Shown: positions 39,413 through 50,485 of the stretch, piece by piece | Layout: each line of letters opens with the position of its first letter | Position numbering within the stretch: the stretch's first letter is position 1 | Assembly: GCA_004022145.1 (NCBI GenBank) | Contig: RCNU01000008.1 | Strand: one strand, 5' to 3' | Source of the DNA: Paecilomyces variotii | Taxonomy: Eukaryota | Length of the DNA stretch: 64,000 bases | The notes under the pieces: model-generated | Told to the model about the DNA's origin: nothing | Databases searched by the model: none | The model's input: the letters and a program-made list of their open reading frames with translations, nothing else | Made by a program: the position numbers and the translations under genes

Positions 39413-42400
39413 ATGGCACCAGCAATATACCGTCCAAACGACATTGACATCATTGACATTCGTCAAGAGGAGCTTGAGCTCTCTCTTGGAAAGGAAATAG
39501 TCCGTGGCCTAAATCCGCAAGATGGCCGACCTCGATCTCTTCCAACGATTCTGTTATACGATACAGAGGGCCTGAAACTATTCGAACAGATCACGTATCT
39601 GGAGGACTATTACTTGACAAATGCGGAAATAGAAGTTCTGCTCACGCATGCGAGAAGCATTGTGGAACGAATCCCAGATAATGCGCAATTGATTGAGCTC
39701 GGTAGCGGGTGTGTTATTCTTGAGACCTATGGCTTAGATGCTAGACGTGTAGACACCCCTGCCTGTTCAGGATCTAACAAAACTCTAGGAATCTTCGCAA
39801 GATCGAGATATTGTTGAAGGAATTTGAACAGACCCGAAAGAAGGTGGACTACTATGCCCTCGACCTTTCACTTGAGGAGCTCCAGCGTACATTTTCAGAA
39901 GTCTCGGCGAGTACATATGCGCATGTTCGATTCCATGGACTGCATGGAACGTACGATGATGCTCTCACGTGGCTCAAGAACCCCGACAACAGGAAGCAGC
40001 CAACTTGTGTCCTGTCAATGGGCTCTTCAATCGGGAACTTCTCTCGGGACGGCGCTGCAGCCTTTCTACGAGGATTCTCAGAGTTACTTGGTCCCTCAGA
40101 TTCCATGCTCATTGGACTAGACGCATGCAAGGTTCCAGAGAAGGTGTACAGAGCCTATAATGATCGAGAGGGAATCACTCATAAATTCTATATGAATGGG
40201 CTGGTGCATGCGAACGTAGTGCTGGGCGTTGACGCCTTCAAGCTAGGTCAATGGCAGATTGTGAGTGCCTACGACGAGAATGAAGGACGGCACCGTGCTT
40301 TCTATTCCCCGGCACAGGATGTATCAATAAACGGCATCAAGCTGCGGAAAGGTGAGAAAATCATTATCGAAGAGGCATACAAATACTCTGCCGAAGAAAG
40401 CGAGCAGCTGTGGCGCAAGGCCGGGCTGATCCCTGTCACTGCATTTGGTAGCAGCTCCGACGAGTACCGTGAGTAACCCTTGTGTGAACCCCGACCCGAT
40501 GATCTCAGATCATATCATCTCCCCGTTACGTCCACTGACGTCCATGGATTCTTACTATATCCATCCATTGAACCTTTGGAAGCCTCTTATCACCTGGAAA
40601 AATAGCAGTCGACACGCACGGATAAATTCATAACATCGAATTTAGCTCACATCCAGTACAGATATCCATATGTTATCTCCAGGGACCGTGGAGTTTCCTT
40701 CCAAAGTGGCGCAGTACGCTGCGCAGCCCATACCTGGCCTGTCAGATTGGCAGGCTCTCTGGTTGGCGTGGGATATCGTCACTAAAGGCATGATTCCAAA
40801 GGAGGAACTCATGTCGAAGCCCATCAAGCTTAGGAACGCCCTGATCTTTTATCTGGGGCATATCCCTACCTTCTTAGGTAAATTGTCAAAACATTCCACA
40901 TGGGTCTTTGGTCAAGTGCTTACAAGAACAGATATCCATCTAACGCGTGGTCTGCATGGTAAACCGACTGAACCAAAGTATTACCAGTCAATCTTCGAGC
41001 GCGGTATTGACCCTGATGTCGATGACCCTGAGCAATGTCATTCCCATAGCGAAATACCAGATGAATGGCCCCCTGTTTCAGAAGTTTTGGATTACCAAGA
41101 CCGGGTTCGAGCTAGGGTCAAGTCTCTTCTGAAAATGGATAGCCTAGCACAGAATCGACTCCTTGGAGAAGCCATGTGGCTCAGTTTCGAGCATGAAGCC
41201 ATGCACCTCGAGACCTTCCTTTACATGCTGCTTCAGAGTGAAAGGACTCTCCCCCCTCCAGGTGTCAGTACGCCGAACTTTCGCGACCTTTGCTACCAAG
41301 CGAGGAGGGACCACAAACCAAATGAGTGGTTCACAATCCCGGAGCAGAAAGTCAACATCGGACTCGACGATCCCAATCCAAATGAGGTCCCACAAGCTTT
41401 CGGGTGGGATAACGAAAAACCGCAGAGGACTGTGGTAGTGCCGGCATTTGAGGCGAAAGCCAGGCCGATAACTAACGGGGAATTCGCACACTATATGCAA
41501 GAGAACCGAATAAAGAACTGGCCGGCATCTTGGATACTGACAAGCAACGAGAGCAATGGTGCTATTGCCTCGAATTCCGAGTTAATCTCCAAACTCTCCG
41601 TCCGCACTGTCTTCGGACCCGTTCCACTCGAGTTGGCTGCTGACTGGCCAGTAATCGCCTCATACGATGAACTTGCAGGATATGCCGAATGGAAAAACTG
41701 CAGGTTGCCAACCTTTGAAGAGGCCAGGAGTATTTACAAGCACTCGGCTCTTCTTAAAAGTTCTACGGTCGATGGTGCGCATCGCGGCAGGTAAGCGAAC
41801 AATCTTATCATTGGTCTTAAGACGTATGTGCTGATCGGGGATCTAGCAATCATATCGATGGCATCGACGGTACAGACAGTGAAAATGGTAAACATGCCTC
41901 CAATGCCAATACTACGGCTTCGAATGGAAACTCTCACGAGGTCAACCCGCCGGGACCCCGTTGTCCAGATCACCAGCCGGTTCAAAGACTTTCTCATGAT
42001 ACAATGCCAGTGTTCCTTGATCTCGACGGCTGCAACGTCGGGCTCAGACACTGGCACCCTACCCCAGTTACCCAAAATGGCGACCATCTTGCCGGGCAGG
42101 GTGAACTGGGAGGCGTCTGGGAGTGGACCAGCACGCCGTTAATGCCGCATGACGGCTTCAAGGCCATGGAGGTCTATCCTGGATATACATGTGAGTCAGA
42201 ACTCTGGACTCTGGACTCGATAGCAAATTATTTGTCTTTGCAGGTAAAGCTGACTACTTCTCAGCGGACTTCTTCGATGGAAAGCACAACATTGTACTGG
42301 GTGGCTCTTGGTCTACTCATCCACGGATTGCGGGCCGAACAACCTTGTGAGTCTTCCAGCCGTGTATTATTCATCTATAAGCCGGTCCACTGACATATCA

Positions 42401-42472
42401 TCAAGTGTCAACTGGTATCAACGTAATTACCCCTACGCTTGGGTAGGAGCGCGTCTTGTACGTGACATTTGA
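39413..42472 (+). CDS. egt1: Ergothioneine biosynthesis protein Egt1 (histidine trimethylase + DinB_2/FGE sulfoxide synthase)
   Basis: RSLPTILLYDTEGLKLFEQIT, YYLTNAE, ELGSGNLRK, GSSIGNF, RAYNDREG, FYLGHIPTF, FERGIDPDVD, iron motif EHEAMHLE, FGWDNE, GGVWEWT, NWYQRNYPY. Introns 39709-39788, 40469-40661, 40878-40931, 41791-41846, 42191-42264 and 42347-42405. Confidence 0.95.
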
Positions 42473-43728
42473 AGCATGGAACTTGCTTCATCCGATAGCG
42501 TTACCGTATGAGGTCGATATGACTCTGGACGTTCATTACCACTTAAAACTTGATGTCCTCCACTCACATCATTATTTGCGGTTTATAGGAATGCCAGGAC
42601 AATATTCATTGTGTTTGGTGAACTGTAGTAATACGCCCTATTGCGTAATATCATCACTTGATTCGAGTAACTGTTGCTTGTGATAATTATGACTTTCCAC
42701 TCCTGACACTTGGGATGGTACTCCAAACGCCGTGAAACTCAGAATATGCTTGCCATAAGAGCTTATCATCAATTCGATGCTCTAGATCTACTAACACCTT
42801 ACCGTTACGCCGTCACCTTATTAAATAAACGGCCATCAAAGCAGACTTTAGTCCATGTACGCTTCCACACAGGCTCTGCAACCTCCATACCTCTCAACCC
42901 ACGCCATCAACAGATATCCACCACACTTAGGACACTACGATCTCCTCCAGTATCTCCAGAACGAAGCAAATAAAAATTTATAATTTCGGGCCTATTTTAG
43001 TGGGTAGACCGCGCTTCGTCAGGGTTCCATATATGCCCTTTAGAAACGGCATAGTGCTTGCACTATCAAACGCAAACTAGTAAATACTTTATATGGAAAG
43101 CTTATAGAAAGAATTGAGCTTGCTATTATGCTGATGAGCAACATATACAGATGTTGGAGAATGACGAGACGAAGCTGGCGTGCTTTAACATATTCGTGAG
43201 TGGACCGGTGTCATTGCTACTGCAACCCTGTACAGTGAAGACTGTCTGTAGGGAGCTATATCTAAATAATGGAACCCTCAAGGCCAGGTCTTTTTCTGCT
43301 TCTGGTCTACGTACGCATAAACACGTATGAGAGTCTGGGAGATTTCGTAATTCCTAGCTCTCGCAGCATCGTTTTTTAGATGCCATAGATTCTCTACACA
43401 TAGTAACCAGTCACGACAGGTATCTTGATTCTGATTGGGTATTTAACTGTCTATTGCCTTCTAAGCTGATCCCCAGTACCATGCTAGAGTATTGTTGGTG
43501 ATATGCATTAACAGTCTTCAACGAATCGGCTGATTCCATCCGTCCCTCCCACTCATGCTGCATCTTCTTTGTTTCCACCTCAGTTTCTCCGTTGCAGTAG
43601 CTGAAGAAGGTGCCTGTCTGTATACAATCTCGCTCGTAAGCATGCTGGTGATGACCAATATCAGGAGATCGAGCGCTTCAGTGAACTCACCACAGAGCAG
43701 ACAACCTATTGACAACGGACAAAACAAG

Positions 43729-44760
43729 TCAACCCTCCTGATCCGATGCCTGTGTAGGTTTTATGAGGAAGGATTCCAGTGCCTCATCAGAAGAGCATTC
43801 TTCCCATGTCTCACGGACAGTCTCATCATCCGTGTTGTCCATTACTTCCTGACGAGAAAGACCCCATATCGACCACTCGCGGAATGGCTTGAACTTCACG
43901 GGCGGGTCTGCAAAGTCGACGTGCTCCATATCCACTATCCAGCTAGATATGTCCAATATCAGCCAATATCCTCGGTCAGAAAACGACGATACTTACCACC
44001 TGTTCGTGGCTTCATCCCATATGACGTTGGATCTACGGGGGTCAAGGTGCTGGCATCCATGTAAATAGAACTCGCTGCTCATAATCAGCGATGCTACCAC
44101 AGAAAGCGACATATGTAACGAGGACGTACCGAATAGCTTTTCCAAACGCGATTCGTATCTGGTCTCTCTTCTCTAGAGGATATTTCCCGAAATCCCAGAG
44201 ATCATGTCCGGGGACCTTCTCCATGATGACATATACTATGTAGCCCCCGGGGACGTAACCATCTTTTGGTTGTTTGTCGACTGAGTAGCCGATCAGATGC
44301 GGCACGCTCTTGCAGCCCTTCTTCGTAAGGTGTTCTAACATTACAAACTCAGTCTCTGCCTCCCAGCTTAGCTCTTCTGACCGGAACTTAGAATAATCAC
44401 GTCCCGGGTAAAGTTCATCACGAGTGTCGCGGCCGTCGGGAATCCTAGTCTCTATTATTAATTCATTCCTATTCACGGATAGGGCAGAACGAGTACATAC
44501 TGCACGTGAATCTTGAGCATAGCTTTGAGACCTGCTTGTGCACCATCTAGGAGTGTTACATTGCATATACCACATACTTCTGATACGTCATCAAAATCTG
44601 TCCGAGTATGACGGACACCCTCACGAAGAATGGGGCCACACTGCCAACGCTCCTCCGAACCACGAAGGCGAAAAATATGACCATTGTACCGAGAAGGAAG
44701 CCACAAGTAAGGGTCATGGATATCAAGAGCTTCGTCCTCTGATTCTTGAGGAACTGACAT
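43729..44760 (-). CDS. Divergent protein-kinase-like fold protein
   Basis: After removing introns 44500-44445, 44129-44075 and 43996-43943: AMLKIHVQ (VAIK-like), E-x3-L-x2-L (helix C), VPHLIGY, YVIMEKVPG, catalytic loop HLDPRRSNVIW, IVDME (DFG-like). Confidence 0.75.
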
Positions 44761-45443
44761 TTTCCAGCGATGCGAAGTTAGGTTAGATACGACAAGATAA
44801 TAACGTATATAAGGTAGAGCTGGCGAGCTTTAAGAGGCACTCATTAGGTGAAAACCCTTTCTGACTCTGGGCTTTAACAAGAGACAATCAAAAGAGAAGA
44901 AAAACAAGCTCAAATCCAGAGGAGGATGGTGGTGAAGGCACGCAGAATTGAAACGAGCTTGTGAGACGATTCAAGTGGTTGCGTATTCCGCAGCCAATTA
45001 TGTACTGTGTTCCAGCAATTCAAACGGCACGGTACCATCCAACACCAGCTCTCTCTAAGATGCCCGAGGCCGTTCATTCTTAGTGTGAGGTATCCCTGAA
45101 TATTGACTGATATATATTCCTGTTAATTCCGACTATTTTCAATAGCCTCTCAGGTACTTGGTACTACCAACTAAGTTTTATATCTCCTTTATCTCCTTTC
45201 ATTTTAAGGCTAATAAAGACAAAATAGTAAATATGGTAACATGTCATTATTTTCCCGCTCCCGTGGATGTCCTAAGATTTCGCACAAGCAAGCTTCAAGG
45301 GTGTATCCTACATCGAAGAGCGCTGCATCACTGGTAAAGGACTAAGATATTATGTCGGAAGCCCTGATATTGGCTTCCCTCACTTATAGACAGTTAGCTA
45401 GCTAAGTATGTATCATAGGGTCATTAAAAGAAATGAGTAAATT

Positions 45444-45464
45444 AAAAAAAAAAAAAAAAAAAAA
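45444..45464. repeat. Poly(A)21 tract
   Basis: Read directly, about 200 bp downstream of the 5S gene. Confidence 0.9.
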
Positions 45465-45667
45465 GCTTTAGATCACAGCAGTTTCTATACTGGAATATTT
45501 ATAAGTATGGCTATTTTATAACTACCTTCTGACGTTTCATATAACCCTCAGCGGCAATACTACAACTCAAGCATAGCATAGTGTCACCCTACTCATCTTT
45601 TGACGATGCTGGAACATACGAAGAACGCAAAAAGAGAGTATCAAATGAAAATAGCAAAAAGACAAAA

Positions 45668-45786
45668 ACATACAACAGCAGGGATTCGCTGGTGGTCACC
45701 CACCCAACTACTAACCTGCCGGCGTGTGGCTTAAGTACGGCTGAGCGGACGGGAAGCCCTGTTTTCCACACCCTATGGTCGTATGT
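45668..45786 (-). rRNA. 5S rRNA, dispersed single copy (119 nt)
   Basis: Reverse complement ACATACGACCATAGGGTGTGGAAAACAGGGCTTCCCGTCCGCTCAGCCGTACTTAAGCC...GTTAGTAGTTGGGTGGGTGACCACCAGCGAATCC...GTTGTATGT followed by TTTT; TATA about 25 nt upstream, as in filamentous-ascomycete 5S genes. Confidence 0.97.
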
Positions 45787-46589
45787 GCTTACAAATGTTG
45801 GGATTGAACTATACAGTCCTCTGTAGGCTGTTACATATATGCTACGGTTTAAGATCAACCTGGGAAGGAATGAGGGAAGAACAAGAGAGCGGGAAGAAAA
45901 AGGAAAGAGAAGACTACGTTTGAACGAATACTCTAAAATTAGGTTACTTTCTTCTCATGCCTCCGATAGCCACAGCCGCACGCGTAGGTGGCAATTCCTT
46001 CTCATAGTCCTGCAGAAGTAGTATACACTGGATTCTGGGCTCCTTTTTATAGAACTATAACAAGACCGCGTTGGTGTTTCCCAATCCAAAACTTGCAACT
46101 TTATTGCTACGGATTCGAGGCAAACCAAATATGACCGTATCAAAGGCAATATGCTCTTTATTATGCTGGATATAGTTAACTAGCATACAAAGGCTTCCGG
46201 CAACACTGGTGGCCGAAGCCGCCAATAATCGAGAGCATACCAATCCTTTGTCAGACGCGAAGTTCACAAGTTGAAGAGATGACGTGTCAAAAGATAAAAG
46301 AGAAGTGTTATAAAATGTTCTATCTTCGTCCTCGTTGAGCTTTTGCTTTTCATCATCTGCGGCTTTTTGTTTTTTCTCTCGCTACTACTTTCTAGCCATT
46401 ACGACTGTTGTCAACATACTTCTTGGTTTCATAGAACATAATCCAGATTTGATAGAACTGCTCGATAGAGATCTTCTTGAGGTATTATATCCTGAGAGCT
46501 CTGTACCGTCGTGGTCCTTCAGATAAAGCTTTTCAGTTTCAGGTTTTCCGAAGTGGTTTGCTTTGCGACCTTGGGCCGGACGAGTTAAT

Positions 46590-48250
46590 ATGGTATCTCG
46601 ACCGAAGACGCCTAATAGGCCCAAAGTGACCGAGAAAGAGATCAGTAGTGTACTCGATAATGTGTACAGATGGGAGGATAACCCGTCCTTGAGTTCGTTT
46701 GCTACTAGCCATCTAGGGAATTACGCACCAAGCTGACATACCTACTAGACCATAGCTGTTCTGTATGCGGAGTGACCTTGAACAATCCACGCGCTAAGAA
46801 GACCTGCCTTGGGGTCCATGCTGTGCCCTGCATGAGATATCATCAGACATTGTTTCGAGTCGGCCGTGCCCACTCCTGTGAAGCGTATTCATCCACCTTG
46901 TCCTCATAGAAGTCTTCTGAAGGGATGCTAATGATCTTTTTGTGCAGATGTAAGAACTCCAATGAACAACATGAAAAGAGGCACAGAGAGATCGGTAATC
47001 TCATTTGGCAGATCAAAGCAATCGACGGCGTTGAGGCTATGGTGGCACAGCACCGCAGAAAAGCCCAATCTGGAGAACTTGCTTCGCCCCCCGAACCGGA
47101 AAGCACAGATGAGCAAGAGTATATGACACCTCCGAAGGAAGAGCAGTTCAGGAAGCCGGTGCTCTCTGTGCGTATTCCGAATAATGCCAATGTGACTGGA
47201 GTTCCCCCAAGCGCAATAGTGTCAGCGTCTCCTTGTTCATCCAAGGAGAAAGAGATCAGACTTCAGAAACAAGCTGCAAGGGCATCTAAGAACATAGACA
47301 AGGCTCTCAAGCGACAGAGAGGTTACAGTGTTACATCTGCTTCAAGGGACTTTGTTGAAGAAATCCACCTCGGGATCCACGGGCACCCGAAGATGCCTCC
47401 TACGGTGGACCATGGAGAATCAGGTAAAGCGTTGGTAACAGAAATTAAGAATTTCCAAGACCTTCAGCTGCAACTCCAGAATAAAGGAAACCAATCCAAA
47501 GCTAGCGAAGCACTTCGGTTGAAAAGAAGAAGAGCGAACACGATAACAAAGAGAGACGGCCTGGATACTGACATTATCACTGGGATCATCTGTGACTTTG
47601 GTATAAAGCCACCATTCAATGAAGGCACTAAGGAGCGCCAGCGGCTACTGCAAGAACTGGGGAGCTCGATAATATCGGATATCGAGATAGTCGCCAATGA
47701 AGCTAAGGAGACCCTCAGTCGCAAAGAAGGATACTGGCGATACGCCAATAAACGCACATACAATGAGATGGTTCGCAATAACGAGCTGGTAAATTGGGAA
47801 ACAGGCGAGAAACTTCGCGAGCTTGATATGGAGGATAGTCATTCAGAAGACAGCACTGAGGAGGCTGGAGGAGAAAGTCTGGAAGTGAGTCCCGAGTACA
47901 TCACAGGCGAAACCAACATTGTGAAGCAGGATATGAGTATCACACAAGAGGATCTCGCGAATGATAGTACCAAGGCGCATATTGATGAAAGGAATCTTGT
48001 TCTCACAAAGTCTCCTGGGATGTTGACTCTCTCTTTAGCACCACGGAAGGAGAAACCAAGAGTGGATGCAGCACAATCCGAACAAGCAAAAACTGACAAG
48101 CCAGATGTCTCTACACAACAGGAAGCAGACCAGGAAGGATTGCCTGTCATTGAACCTATCATTACACATAAGAGGCGCAGTGCGCATCGAATAAACAATG
48201 ATTGCTGCTCGCTTCGTCATCTTCACAATGCGCATAAACCATGCATATAG
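46590..48250 (+). CDS. Hypothetical protein with an N-terminal Cys/His zinc-binding motif and charged helical regions
   Basis: Exons 46590-46692, 46749-46884 and 46948 onward splice in frame (branch sites GCTGAC, GCTAAT) onto the 441-aa ORF; the 3' end is uncertain. Confidence 0.65.
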
Positions 48251-48924
48251 AGGCTTGGATTTGACAGGTGATGTGAACTGGTGCCAACATACTCTCTGCG
48301 CCAGTGACTCTATCTTCTGCATCTTAATAGTAAGTAAGATCATGCTCCAGGGGCCTCGCGGGATCCGGTTGGGGTAGGAAGACTTTTTGAAATGGAAGTG
48401 TCAATCATAAGACACCACCACTGCTTGAGTGGCCTGCATGTGTCTCGCACTTGTTTGCTGGGTCATAGAAGCAATTTGCGTGATATGAACGAATCACTCC
48501 GGAGGGCGTTGGCTGGGATCTCTCTCACACTTGGATGGCTCTTTCGTCTCTTTGTTGTACTATTTGGATAGAACTCGCCAATTGCGTCTGAGAACCTGTT
48601 GCTTTGATCCATCGCTTTAAATAAAATTCTAACTGTTCTGGTAACTGCGCGTATCCGGTTTCAAGGGCGTAGGAAGCTGAAGCTTGAAGCATCCAGGGGA
48701 AGGTAGGCTTTGCTGATAAGTACAGGAGGGGAAGCTCCACCAAAAGCCAACGGATAAGCTTAACTAGACTAGCTAAGGAGGGGCATCCGATCCGACACAT
48801 TCGCCTCTTCAGGACCTCGATAGAAGGGCGATTCTCTTCAATCTACCCTTAACCCAGCTCATTTTGATCTGGTTACGATACCCCTTGCATTCTTCAGTCC
48901 GGATCAAGTGTCGAGTCGCTCACA

Positions 48925-50485
48925 ATGTCCGTCGAAACTATCACCACTATTTCCCCCGCCACCAACACCCCGGTCGTGACTCGACCTGGAGTTACGGACG
49001 AAGAGCTGTCTCGTCTCCCGGAAATTGGCCAGGCTGCCTTCCGCTCGTTTTCGCAGTCGACAACTCTTGAACAACGCCAGCAGATAGTGGCTCGTGCTCT
49101 AGATGTTTTCGCCAAGAAGCAAGATGTATTGGCTCGCGAGATCACTGAGCAGATGGGACGCCCAATCGCATATACTGGCAAGGAAATCGCGACGGCCATC
49201 AAGAGAGGACAAGTGCTGATCAAAACGAGCAACTCTGTGCTGGGCGAAGAGGGCATTGTTCAGGGAGTACCGGAGGATGGATTTAGGAGGTTCATCAAGC
49301 GACAGCCCGTTGGAGTGGTACTGATCATTTTCCCGTGGAACGTAAGTCACGATCTGCTTTTGCGCTCCTATCCTCAAACTTTCTTCTTCTTTGCTGATGC
49401 TGGCGCGTTTATCTTTAGTACCCTTACCTGACCCTCGTTAACAGCTTGATCCCTGCTATTCTGGCTGGGAATGCTGTAATCATCAAGCCCTCCCCACAGA
49501 CCCCGACGATTGTCGAGCAGGTGGCCGCGGCCTTCACTGAGGCTGGTCTACCGAAGAACGTTATCCAATACTTCCACTCCGGCTCTCTTGTTCAGCTAGA
49601 GACTATTGTCCGATCTCCTTTGGTGAACCACATTTGCTTTACTGGTTCCGTCGCTGGTGGATTGGCTGTGCAGAAGGCTGCTTCGGATAGAATCGTGAAC
49701 GTCGGCCTTGAGCTTGGTGGCAAGGATCCTGCATATGTGCGCGAAGATGTGGACTTGGCGTGGGCGGCAGAGGAGATTGTCGACGGCGCTATCTTCAACA
49801 GTGGTCAGAGTTGCTGCTCAATTGAGCGGGTGTATGTGCATTCGAGCATCTACGATTCGTTCATTGAGGAGGTCAAGAAGGTGCTTAGCAACTACCGGGT
49901 TGGGGACCCTCTCGACGAAAAGACTCATATCGGCCCTGTGATTTCCAAGCGAGCCAAGGAGACTGTCCTGGCGCATATCGAGGATGCGATCAAGAAGGGT
50001 GCCAAAGACGAGACTCCGGCGAACGCGACTTTTGAGAACTTCCCGCCTAATGGCAACTACGTCAAGCCGACACTGCTGACGGGCGTTACTCACGAGATGA
50101 CTGTTATGACGGAGGAGACCTTCGGACCACTGATTCCTGTGATGAAGGTCAATAGCGACGAGGAAGCCATCAAGCTCATGAATGACAGCGAGTTTGGTCT
50201 GACTGCCAGCGTTTGGACCAAAGACATGTCAACCGCGGAGAAGCTGATCGAGAAAGTCGAGGCTGGAACGGTGTTCGTTAACCGATGTGACTTCCCTAGT
50301 CCAGTAAGTCCCCATTTATAAAGCCATTTCCATCGGTTCAAGGAACAAAAACACTGACATCTCTTCTCCAGGACCTGGCATGGACGGGTTGGAAGAACTC
50401 TGGCCGTGGAGTGACTCTGAGCAGATTCGGATTTGAGCAGTTTGTCAAGCTCAAGAGCTATCATCTGAAGGACTACCCCAAATAG
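48925..50485 (+). CDS. NAD(P)-dependent aldehyde dehydrogenase
   Basis: IFPWNYP, IKPSPQTP, FTGSVAGG, LELGGKDP, catalytic NSGQSCC, EETFGP, FGLTASVWT, WTGWKNSGRG; introns 49342-49418 and 50304-50371. Confidence 0.95.

Noticed and set aside
42191..42264. Internal CAG/GTAAAG in an egt1 intron as a recursive splice site or stwintron
   Set aside because: The remaining segment is only 21 nt, and the upstream part has no good branch site.
45581..45858. 81-aa and 89-aa ORFs
   Set aside because: They overlap the 5S rRNA gene and are spurious.
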